Origin: Camelus ferus
Taxonomy: Eukaryota
DNA: 64,000 nt
Assembly (NCBI RefSeq): GCF_009834535.1
Contig: NC_045697.1
Span: forward strand, 71,798,001-71,862,000
Direction: 5' to 3'
A model generated the notes under the pieces. That model had not been told where the DNA came from, did no database searches, and saw only the letters and a list, made by a program, of their open reading frames with translations. A program made the translations under genes and the position numbers. Below are positions 13,984 through 24,856 of the stretch, one piece after another. Numbering within the stretch: the first letter of the stretch is position 1; every line of letters begins with the position of its first letter.

Positions 13984-16900
13984 AGAAAATAAGTCTCATT
14001 ACAAAGCTCTATGTAAGTAACGGATAAAACCTTGGAAGGAATCTATAGTTCTTCACATAAAATGAACCTCAAGCATCGTGTGGAAAACTAAATGACAACT
14101 TTGTTTTTTAAAAAGTACTCTTAGTTTCCTGGCAAAAGAGAACCGCTGATGTGTTACAGATTTGCAAATGACCTTGGGCGCCTCACTCAGTTGGTAGCTG
14201 CAGGGAATTGAATGGTAAAGGGCTTATCACACGCTGCACTGAGACCAAAGTCTGAAAACACTCTGCTTTGCTAAAGTGGAGGAACAGTTAAAGGGCTGTG
14301 ATGGCATTTGTTCCCAGATGCAGAAATTAAGGTGTGTAAAGGGGCTGGGGTTGGGGTGGGTGGCGGCAGCACCAGGAGGAGCGTCCACATTGCGCTTCCT
14401 GGCCTGCAATGTCCAGCTCCCTGACAAACTTCCACGTTCACTCCTGCAGGCACTGCTTATCACCCACTGTACTGATCACGATTTTATGTTTACTTTCCAA
14501 ATTCATAAAATGTTCTTACAAAGGAAATTTAATAAGAAGGATGAAAGAAATATCTATTATTAAAACCTCATTTGTGACTATACTTTCATTGTCCATCCTA
14601 TGAAGCTATAAAGTCTATAAACCCTGTTTTAGCAAGTGAATTTTGAAGCCATGAAATGCAGCATTTGTGTCCTTGAAGGCCTTCTCTCTATAAAGCTGAT
14701 TCAAGTTGATCAACATAAAGCTTTTCTAAGATGAGGCACTGTAGTTAGAGATGGAAAATACTGCTTCGTGGAAAGTATGGAAAACCTGCTGGGGGCTTCT
14801 CTGGTTCATTCACTCATTTAACAAACATTGCTGATTACCTGCTGTGTGCCAAGCTCCCACAGACTTAGAGATAGATTGAGAAAGTAGGTGTATCGATATT
14901 GGGATGGGGGGAGGTATGTAGATTAGAAGTGCACTGACAACAATATTCTGGTATATTTTTCTCACTTTTACAGATGCGAATAAATTTATATAATTATTAA
15001 AATTAATTGTTAAGAAAGCAAAGTGGTCTTGTATCAGGTTAAAGCTCTTAAAGGAGCTAATATTAAATCATATTTTCCTAATGTAAATTTCTGTATGTGG
15101 TGTGTTGGTTAGGAGGTCTAAAATGACTCCACGGAGAGTATTCTATTCACCAGATAGCTAAGATCAGAAGTGTAGTGCTGGCTAATATATCTTCTGAAAA
15201 GTACCAAATAGAAAAAGCAAAATAACGCAAAAACCCACCTCTTTAATTTAAAGACTGTATTTTTATATTTTTTAACGCAGTGTTACTTTTAATATCATTT
15301 TTTCGTAGGACTGATAGTAGAAGTAAATTGAAAGTAAAATGCCAGTATTCTTTTCTTAAAATTCTTTAAGGTCTTTGAAAGTAAGACTAGAAGCTACCAC
15401 TTATTTTTTGCCAAAGACTTTGCATGGCTTCTTTGACTTTAACTAGTGATACCTTCAGGAATTTTCCTTTAAGAATATCTTCCATATGCCCTCAAGTTAC
15501 TGAAAAAGAGAGGCCGCCTTCTCAATGCCTAAGCATCAAACTCTTTATGATGAATTTATGGATGTATTCATTGGAAAAAATAACATAGAACACTTTTCAG
15601 TTTATAAAGAACACCCTGTCTCTTTTTATCTTTGCAACAAACTTGCAAGGCAGCAATCACTATCTGCCCCTTTGACTCAGACCTAAGACCATAGAACCTT
15701 AATCAGAATGTGTCAAATATGTCTATGAGCAGGTTTCCTGGGCTTTTTGGATTTTTATCTTTGTTATACATTCTTTCACAGTTATTTCAAAAATGGGAAT
15801 TATAGGAGTGATATATTTTAATCTTCATTTACTGATGTACACCCTGAGTTGAGAAAACGCAGGTCCAACTCTATGAAAAGTATCATCTGATATACTGGGA
15901 AATAAAAAGTAAAATGTATTCTCTCTAGTGCAAGTCCAACTTTAGAAAGAGTTGGGAAGGGAAGTGGGTGGGGAAACAAAGAGATGTTAACAGCTCAGGA
16001 AATCGGTTCATGAAAGTAAGATAGTTGACACATTCCGCTAAAAATGAAGCACTGTGCAAGTGTTTCCCACACACTTAATCCCGTTTCTCCGGGGATGCTG
16101 TCAGTGAAACAGAAGTCACGAAGTCAAAATCTCAAAACCATATTATTCACAGGGGAAAAGGCAAATCATGGTGATTTTCAAGTTAGTGCTAAGCACGTAG
16201 GCATTTGCACTTCCTGGGTTGAACTCACTGAAACACTGTGAGCTAAGACTTGAGAGATGATGTTGGGCTGTCCTCTGGTCTCTCCTCATAAGCCGACCCA
16301 GGGCAATTGTTAATCTCCTTATGATAATATCCTTATATTCTGCTCTACAGCTTGTTTCTCTCCCTGCCTCCTTTTTGTACTTAAATATCCACAAGTAAAC
16401 AAAAAAATTTTTGATCAGATTCTCACCAAAGAGGAAGCAGAGTTTTCCTTTAGTTCACGTGCATGAATCTCTTAGAACAACATAGAAAAGCAATAATTTT
16501 TCAGTGAATAACTGAAACCTTTCCATTTTATTGTTTCTGTTAATACTTTAAGCAAAATATTTGTCAAAAGGGCACGTTTAAAAAAAATTCTCATTGGTCT
16601 GGCAGAGAGAACCATCAAAATTCTTTTCAACTTACTCATTGACCACAGTATACATATCTTTGTCTTCTAAATAACTGCTGCTAGAAAATTTGAATACATT
16701 CTTTAAAAATATGTAAAGATTTTACTAAATTTGAAAACCATAAAGGTCTTTTTATTCTTTTCATATAAATTAATCTTCAAGTTTGTCCGTGCCATCTTTT
16801 ATGTCATGGACTTTACTTTCAATGTCCTTTATCTCAGAATGAGGTTCATGTTGGCTAATAGAAATCAGGAGTTGCAGTTTTGAAGGTCAAGTTGTCTTAG

Positions 16901-17397
16901 CCTGAGTGAGACTTACTGTAAAACACCAAATAATTGTGCTTTTGGCTATTCCCTTCTGTCATTTTCAGAGAAATTGAACTTTAGGCAGAGTACTCAGTTC
17001 AGTCTCTCTGAAAAGTAAACTAACATCAAAAAAAAAATCTGAGAGTGCATTATGCTTGAAAAACATAAGTTTTCAAAGCATTTGGAATTTGAGGCTTAGT
17101 TTTATAATTTGATTTCCTAAAATTAAATCATTCATAAACTATGCGGAAAATATTTATATGCATGTTTATATGTTTTCAAAGAAATCTATGTCTTTAAACA
17201 CTGTTTTCCAACAAGTTAACAATTGTAAACTGTAGGAGTATATGTTAGTAAATTACATGGTTCACTTTCCTCCTTTTGGAACTTACAGGATAATATACAA
17301 ATTATTTGGGGGGGCATGTTCAATCAAGTGACAGATGGATACCAATAATATTGCATAAAATATAAGAGTAACCACCATCTAAATATTTCATAAGCAG

Positions 17398-17703
17398 GAA
17401 ATATGTTGAGAGACCAAGTGGAGAGAAGTCAAAGTTGGTGTGATTCTGGTGCAAGATACAAAATAGGAGGTGAACCCAAAAGAGAAAAAGAAGAGAAGGA
17501 AAATGAAAAGGATGAAGATGAGGAGGAAGACCCATACTCTTTCGCTGAGATTGATGACAGTGAATATGACATGATACTGGCCAATAGGAGTATAAAGAAA
17601 AAAATCGAAAGTCGGTCTTTCATCATGAACAGACCTCCTGCCCCCACACCTCGACCCACAAACATCCCTCCAAAAGAGGAAACTACACCTTACATAGCAC
17701 AAG
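17398..17703 (+). CDS. BANK1: BANK1 coding exon (~exon 10), acidic region, EDPYSFAEIDDSEYDMIL, RPPAPTPRP...TPYIAQ
   Basis: taagcag acceptor ending 17397 and g|gtaatg donor; 306 nt, phase 1 to 1; overlaps ORF 17403-17798. Confidence 0.96.
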
Positions 17704-17731
17704 GTAATGCTCTCTGTTGTTGCTGTTACTA

Positions 17732-17733
<2 letters not shown>

Positions 17734-17765
<32 letters not shown>
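17734..17765. repeat. (TG)16 microsatellite
   Basis: direct reading. Confidence 0.95.
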
Positions 17766-17769
<4 letters not shown>

Positions 17770-18292
17770 AGGAGTGTCCTCTTTTTGGTGGAATCTAAAA
17801 CCCCCAAAAATGAAAAGTATCTTTTTGAGTCATAGGTAAATTGTATTGGCCCATTTTTTAATTTAAAAACATGATGAACAAAGAAAGTAAGAACAAGGTG
17901 TAGGGTTCTGGTTTCTAATTGTCCATTAAGAAGGATAATTTTAACAAACCATCCAAAGAGCAAGAAATCATATTATGTGTAGATAAATTCTGCTTGATGC
18001 TTTTTCCATAGTCCTACGAAAGGGAAGCTCAACTCCTGTGAATAACATGCAACACAAGAAAAGAAGATGGGTACTTTACTTTTTGCCCCCAATGGCATTT
18101 ATGATAACTTCAAAAACCTAAACAGTTTCAGGTACTAGAATCATAGATGTACAACCCCAGTTTCTCTGACAATTACATTTCACCCCAATGATTAAGATCA
18201 CTTCATCCATGATAGAATTTTGCTTCATTTTAGACTTCAATTCTTTCTCATTCTCTACTTAGTTGAATCTAAATTAAAAAACTAACAAATCC

Positions 18293-18385
18293 CAGAGTTG
18301 GTAGCTCCGTGGTAAAGCGCATGCTCAGCGTGCATATGGTCCCGGGTCCCCAGCACTTCCCCTAACAAACAAACAAACAAACAAA
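18293..18385 (+). mobile_element. tRNA-Ala-derived SINE (camelid vic-1-like) with (AAAC)n tail
   Basis: gtagctccgtggtaaagcgcatgctcagcgtgcat..ggtcccggg-tccccagcac follows tRNA-Ala with the B-box TTCRA core missing; imperfect TSD actaacaaatcc / actaagaatcc. Confidence 0.8.
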
Positions 18386-19082
18386 GACTAAGAATCCTTA
18401 GGGCTCTTTTCTGTCTGCAGCCCACAGGGAGCATTGACTCTGCTGTTGTTTCCTAGCGCTCCATGGTGCCTAGGACACGACTTCTATTCAGTGCAATGTG
18501 TGCACATGCACTGAATGTCTTTTGGGATAAGATATCATCCTAGGGACTGAGAATGTGGAATAAAATAATGTCTCTTTCCTGGAGGAGTTCTAGGCAACAG
18601 ATGTGCAAATAAATATGCGGTATTATTTGACATTTTTATTAGAGATTTTTTAAACAAAAGTTTAGAATCAAACAAAATGTTTGGGTGACATCTAAAGCCG
18701 AGAGGCAATACATTAAAATAAGCCAAGTCACGTACCCGAACAGAACATTTAAATATGTACCACAAACCCACTCAAAAAGAACACAGTTTAACATGTGTTC
18801 AAAAGAAACCATTCCATGGCTGAAGCAGTTTGCACTGAGAGATTTGTATAGGAAAATTTAGCAGGTATATATAAAGTTATTTACCAATGTACTGTATACT
18901 TAGTTAACAGTGATCTACTGCTGATAATGTTCAAGAAACTATTAACAAAAATAGGAAACAGTTACAAATTAAGAGGTGTTTCAGCTAGAATAAAATGTCA
19001 ACTTATATAGATTACTAAGGCAGGGAATAAGCTGTAATTAGAAATTCTCAGATTGTCTGTAATCAGTGGCTCCAGGATCTTA

Positions 19083-19396
19083 CAATCAGCCCACCATACC
19101 TGCAAGTCCTACATCCAAGGATTCAGCCAACTGCAGATTGAAAATATTCAAAAAAAAGAAAGTTCCAGAAAGCTCCACAAAGCAAAGTTTTAATTTCCTG
19201 CACACTCGCCACAATTTACATAGCAGTTACATTAGGTATTATAAATAATCTGGAAATGACTTAAGCATACGGGAGGATGTGCGGAGGTTATATGTAAATA
19301 CTCTGCCAGTGTGTAGAAAGGACTTGAGCAGCTGCAGATTTTGCTGTTGAGGGCAAGGTCCTGGAACCAGTTCCCTGTGGATATAGAGGGACAACT
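19083..19396 (-). mobile_element. MER2/Tigger-family DNA transposon (MITE)
   Basis: ggtcctggaaccagttccctgtggatatagagggacaact terminal motif; ggattcagccaactgcagattgaaaatattc internal motif; TA flanks. Confidence 0.8.
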
Positions 19397-20496
19397 TACT
19401 AGCTCTTTGACAGGGTTGCTGCATCCCAATAAAATATTTTTTAAAGAAGGAAGATAGTTATGTAGCTCAATAAAAGAATTTAGTTATTTTCTAGATGTTT
19501 TTGAAGCGGTGCTTCACCTTCTGTGTCTCAGTCCTTAGGGAGTTTTCAGGACCCCAGGTACAGACTCCCGTGTTGTGTTGCTCTACTTCGTGCTCTTTAT
19601 CTCCTCAGTTCTTCTATTGGCTGTCGTGTGCTTATTTTCCATGAGTTCTTTCTTGTTGTCTGCTTATTCCTTTTTCTCTAGTATTCCTTCCTCTTTATTT
19701 AGTGGTGGTAGGGGCAGTGTAATTCAATATCTTTGTCACAGGTAATGTTTCAGTTTTGCTTTGATTTAAGGTTTTAAATTTCTGCAACTTTTATTTTTCT
19801 TTAGTTTTCATATTATCTCTATTATCTTTGTTTGTTGTTTGTTCAGGCTCAAATCCTTGATACCTCCATCAAATATTTGACTATTCTTAGCTATGCTTTC
19901 ATGTTTAAGAATGAAGCATCAAAAAACCTGGCTGGAAACTCCACTTACTAACTTGGAGACTACACTGTAGGGTAGTGAGGCAACTAGTTTTTTCATTGAA
20001 TTACTCCAAAGTGTTAGTTTAAGTAGATCTATTCTCCTGTGTTTTTCAACTTTTCTAGAATAAATTCCAACTAACTCCAATCTACATTTATAAATTTGGT
20101 TGCCAGTACTTGGAGATCAGAGTGTGGGAAGAAGACTGGGAAATTTCACCATTCAGAATGCACAACTTAACTTGTTCTCCTGTGTTCAGTCCCGTGTATA
20201 CCTCCTTCCACTCACTGCTGCCTTGTGTGACGTGACCAGAACTACTTCTGTTCAGTTTCTTCAAGAACAAGCCTTCCATCATAAATGATTGCCTCATTTC
20301 ACTGGAGGAGGAATTAGGGGCTGTGACTACTTTAGACCGTCAGCCAATCCCCACATTAACTGGGAGAACTGAGATGGTTTTCCTCTTCATTCATGTATTT
20401 ATTTATTAGATAAAGATTTATTGAGTACCAATTGATAAAGCCTTTCTGGATATTAATTATGTAAACTCCCTTACATGACGGTGGTATAATTTGTTG

Positions 20497-20499
<3 letters not shown>

Positions 20500-20543
<44 letters not shown>

Positions 20544-20547
20544 ACAC
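20500..20547. repeat. (CA)n microsatellite
   Basis: direct reading. Confidence 0.95.
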
Positions 20548-21318
20548 TCAAAGAGAAACTTTAAAGAATCTTACAAATCTTGAGTTTCTAAAAAATTTAT
20601 CTCACCTACTCATCGCAAGTCCAACACCCTTCAACATTTATAAGTAATTTTTCGAATTCAATTATACAATCTAAATTATTCTCACAACATTTGTGTTATA
20701 TGCAGACCCTGAACCGGTGTTGTAATATGTGATTTTTGTTTTTGTTTTGCATTTAAGCATATAAAATCAGGTATGGTTATTTTCCCCATATCCCAAAACA
20801 GTAGTAAAAACTGAACAGTAAATGAAGTCACCAAGGTCCCTTTCCATTATTTCTTCCTTTTCTTTTTCACTGGGATATACTTGCTTTTCTCTCCCTTTTA
20901 TGTTATTGATTGTTGATCATTCTGTTCTCACATCAGGAAAACATTACCTCATCAGCTAATTCTTTCCTGATGTTCTTTGCATTTCACAGGGTAAACATCT
21001 TTCATCACAGCTTCCCTTCTTTTCTTTCCTAGCTCAGGCAAATCTATTAAAGAGAATATCCACCATTTCCCAGAAAGCCATCCATTCAATTAGAAGAACA
21101 TTAATTTGCCCCAGTTCTTGCCAGAGCACAGAAGTATAGCAGAATGTTGGCACATTCAAGGTGCGTTAATGCAGCTGAAGAGAAGGATGTGGAGAAGCTG
21201 GATGGAAGAGGAATGCAGGACACAGGATCCCAACTTGCTAGTTCTGTAATGTGAGAAAGGACTAGCAATGCAACTAGGCAAAGAAACCAGAGAGATGCAG
21301 GAAACTCATGTTGGCTTT

Positions 21319-22172
21319 TGTGAGATAATAGAACATACGTACACATATATATTGGTTTCTACCCCTGGTTCCTGGCACAGAGCTCCTGAAACCGTGTTAC
21401 TTCGTGGGTGGTAGGGGTGTTTTTGTTCTAATGAGATGACTCTGAGTGGGCTCCTGGTGAGGGCTGGCACGGCAAAGTCCAAGCAATGATCAGAAGCTTG
21501 GAATTTTGGGTCCCATCCCCATTCTCTAGAGAAGGGAGAAGGACTGAAAATGGAGTTAATGATCAATCATGCCTGTGTGAGGAAGCCTCCATAAAATTCT
21601 AATATTAGGAGTTTCCAAGAGCCTCCAGGTTGGCAAACACATCCACACAGGAAGGATGACACACCCAAACTCCATAGGGACAGAGTCTCCTGCATTGGAG
21701 ACCCTCCCAGACCTCGCCCCGTGTATCTCTTCATCTGACTGTTCTTCTGTGTCCTTTATCAAATTCTTTAATCAACTGGGAAGCATAAATAAGTGTTTCC
21801 ATGAGTTCTGTGAGCTGCTCTAGCAAGTTAATCGGACCTGAGAAGGGGACAGTAAGAATCTCTGATTTGTAACTAAATCAGACAGAAGTTGTGAGTAACC
21901 TAGGAATCTACCACTTGGAATTAGCATCTGAAGAAGAGATGCAAGCAGGCTTGTGGGACTAAGCTCTTAATCTGTGGGGTATCTCCAGGTAAACAGTGTC
22001 AGAATTGAATTAAATTGAGTTAACTTGCAGTACCTCCAAATGGTGTTGTAGGATTTCGGTGATGGAACCCCTCCACTCACACATTTGGTGACCAGAAGTG
22101 AGAGAGTAATGTGAAAGTAAAGGAGATACACAGGGAAGAAAGGCGCAGGAGGAAAAGTGGGTTTTCCCAATA
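21319..22172. mobile_element. MER21-like solo LTR
   Basis: tgtgagataat...atatattggtttctacccctggttcctggcacagagctcct...gaccctcccagacctcgccc...aataagtgtttccatgagttctgtgagctgctctagcaa matches recalled MER21 motifs. Confidence 0.8.
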
Positions 22173-24429
22173 CTGCTTTGCTGGGAGTGTTCAGATTCAG
22201 CTGATATTCCCTAAACAAAAAAATTCATATATCTGAGATTCAATTTCTATGTCGTTTGTTGGGAATAAAAATAATACCTATTTTAAGAATTGTTGTAATC
22301 TTTAAGTGAGATAAAATTAACAACTACCCAGCACAGTATTTGGTATGTGATGTACGTTCAATGGATAATAATTAAAAGCAATTCTACATTGTCTTCCCTC
22401 AGTTTCTGGGCAGACAATGACTTTGATAAACTAACTTTAAATTCTAGGGAAATAAAGGGTGTGCTTCCTAGATTCTGGTAGAGTTTGAAGTTAGGGAATC
22501 TGTTAAAGATTAAATTGGGGGTGGGGGGCATCCTGTCCTCCAAAGAAGCAAGTTGGCTTGGTCAACTTTTTATAACAATTATTAGGCAACTTTCATGATA
22601 ATTTCTAATTCATTGAATAATCTTGCATAGTTGGCATTAGTAGCCTCATTTTAGACATAGTGAAACATGCTTAGTGAGTTTCAGTGTCTTACACATGAGG
22701 ATAAAACTAGGAAGAGAGAGATATGGGATTTGGACCCAGATCAGTCTGGCTATCACATCTGTACACATGGCAGCACAAATTTTCTTTATTGATATATTTA
22801 TTTCTGAATCATTTATTAATATTTATTTCCTCCTGCTAACCCATAAGATCCATAAGGCAAGAGACCAGTCTTGTTTGGTTTCGCCCATCAAAACCCATTT
22901 TCTTTTGTATCTTTAGTGCCAAGCTCAGTGCTGAATTCATAGCAGAAACCATGAATATTTGATGAAGACTAATTGAATGAATACAAGGATGAATAAATGA
23001 TAAAAATGGCAAGAACCCCATCAATGTGGGTAGCAGAGGAATAGGAGACTTTACTAACACTATAGAGAATGGTCAGAAGAATGGATGAATGTACTAATTC
23101 CTAAATGTCTTCTGTTTTAAACCATCCTCTGTTAGAAGTACTACTAATTTGAAGGGGGAACCCCTTACATAATGGGACAAAGTTCTAGGATGTTCACTTA
23201 TAGCTCAGCATCCCAGCTGCTTTCACACAGCATAACATCAGAGAGAAGTTCTATTTTCACCATCACCACCATCCCTTGCTCCCAGAAATGTAACTGATTA
23301 ATACAAAATTGAATCCATGGTTTATTGTATCAAGAGATATGTTTCTGGGTTTTTTATTCCATTGCTGTTATACTAAACCTAATTTTATGTTAACAACCAG
23401 AAAAAGAATAACTCATTTTTCTTAAAAGTTTTTGAAATCTGTCTGCTTTTAAATATCAGATTTTATATTCTTGTCCTTACAATATTGAAAAGGGTTCAGG
23501 TTCATGAAGCTTCAAGAATATGAAGGAATTAACATGGATTTATAGTCCTCCTTAGTGACAGAATTCTTGATTTAAGGCAAATCAAGGAAAGAAAATGAGC
23601 ACTTTGCATAGCATACATAGATTGGTAGTAAAACTAAATCTAGAAATCATACAAAGAAATGAATGCCTATTGGGGAAACATTTTCAGCACCAAAGGACAA
23701 TTTCCCATTTTCCTCTCACACAATTAGTAGAACCAAAATCCTTCTTCAGTGTCCATGTTGCAAGGTTTGGGGTAGAATATAATTTCCCTTTCGATTTTCA
23801 ATTGCTACTGAGTTGCCCTTGGCATTTTACTGTGCAGCAAAGTTGTATATGACCTTTTTGAGAGCTACTCAGCTACTGGGACCCCAAAATGTCAAGTACA
23901 ATTCAGTTGCTCTCAGAAATTTTCCACTTGCAATTCACTTGTACTTGAAATTGATCGCATACAATGCAATTGAAATGCAAACAGGAAAAAAAAAGATCTG
24001 TAGAATATCTTAGGAAAATTAATCCTTATCATTGAATGTGACAGAGTAAAATGGTCTCTGTCCTCATTAGTGAAGAAATAGGGTCAAATGGATTAAAGTA
24101 CACCTTAGATCAAGTGCCTTGGGTTATACTCTCTGGCTGAGTGAACCTTGTCCAAACTATTAGCTTTAAGACTTAGTGTGCATGTTAAAGGTGGTCTCAG
24201 GGCAGACGGGCATATTTATCATTCTATTTGTAAGCCTGGTGTTCCTGTCTCCCCTGTGATTCTCTGCCTCCCTCCTTTCTCTGATAGGGCACTGGTGCAG
24301 CTCTGCAAAGGAGTAGTCGTTTAGACCTGTGCTCACACTGTGGATTCTGGTCTTCTTCCTCATCACATACGATGCTCCTGGAGTCTCTGTTAATTATGTC
24401 TTTTAGTAAGAACCTCAACTGGCCTAGAG

Positions 24430-24538
24430 TAGTAGTTCTTAATTGGTGGTGATTTGCCTCCCAGGAGACATTTAGAAACATTTGGCAATGTTTAGAGACA
24501 TTTTTGATTGTCATGACTAAGACAGTACTGCTGGCATC
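24430..24538 (+). mobile_element. 5' half of a MER20-like element
   Basis: ggtgatttgcctcccaggagacattt...ggcaatgtttagagacatttttgattgtcatgact...ctgctggcatc. Confidence 0.75.
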
Positions 24539-24856
24539 GATGCTGGCCACAAAACAAGTCTCAAAAATGTAAAAGGATAGAAATTATATCAAGTGTTTTT
24601 TCCGACCACAGTGGTATGAAACTAGAAATCAATTACAGGGGAGAAAAACACAAACATGTGGAGACTAAGCCACATGCTACTAAAAAACCCATGGGTCAAT
24701 GAAGAAGTCAGAGAGGAAATCAGAACATACCTCGAGACAAGTGAAAATAAAAACAGCACTTTCCAAAATCTATGGGATGCTGCAGCAAAAGCGGATCTAA
24801 GAGGGGAGTTTATAGCAATACAGGTCCCCCTCAAGAAATAAGAAAATCTCAAATAA
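24539..24856 (+). mobile_element. Internal L1 ORF2 fragment (end of the endonuclease domain)
   Basis: SDH motif tccgaccac at 24601-24609; ORF 24656-24841 WRL..MLL..PWVNEE..EEI..YLET.EN..T.QNLWDAA is typical of L1 ORF2. Confidence 0.9.

Noticed and set aside
13757..14027. Three overlapping Phe/Leu/Ser-rich ORFs resembling membrane proteins
   Set aside because: Artefact of the stop-free polypyrimidine tract.
17388..17963. 191-aa minus-strand ORF, the longest in the track
   Set aside because: Antisense shadow of exon 10 plus the (TG)n repeat (HTHTHT); non-ATG start and no recognisable domain.
18293..18362. Possible functional tRNA-Ala gene
   Set aside because: The T-loop/B-box core is missing, and the A-rich tail and TSD indicate a SINE.
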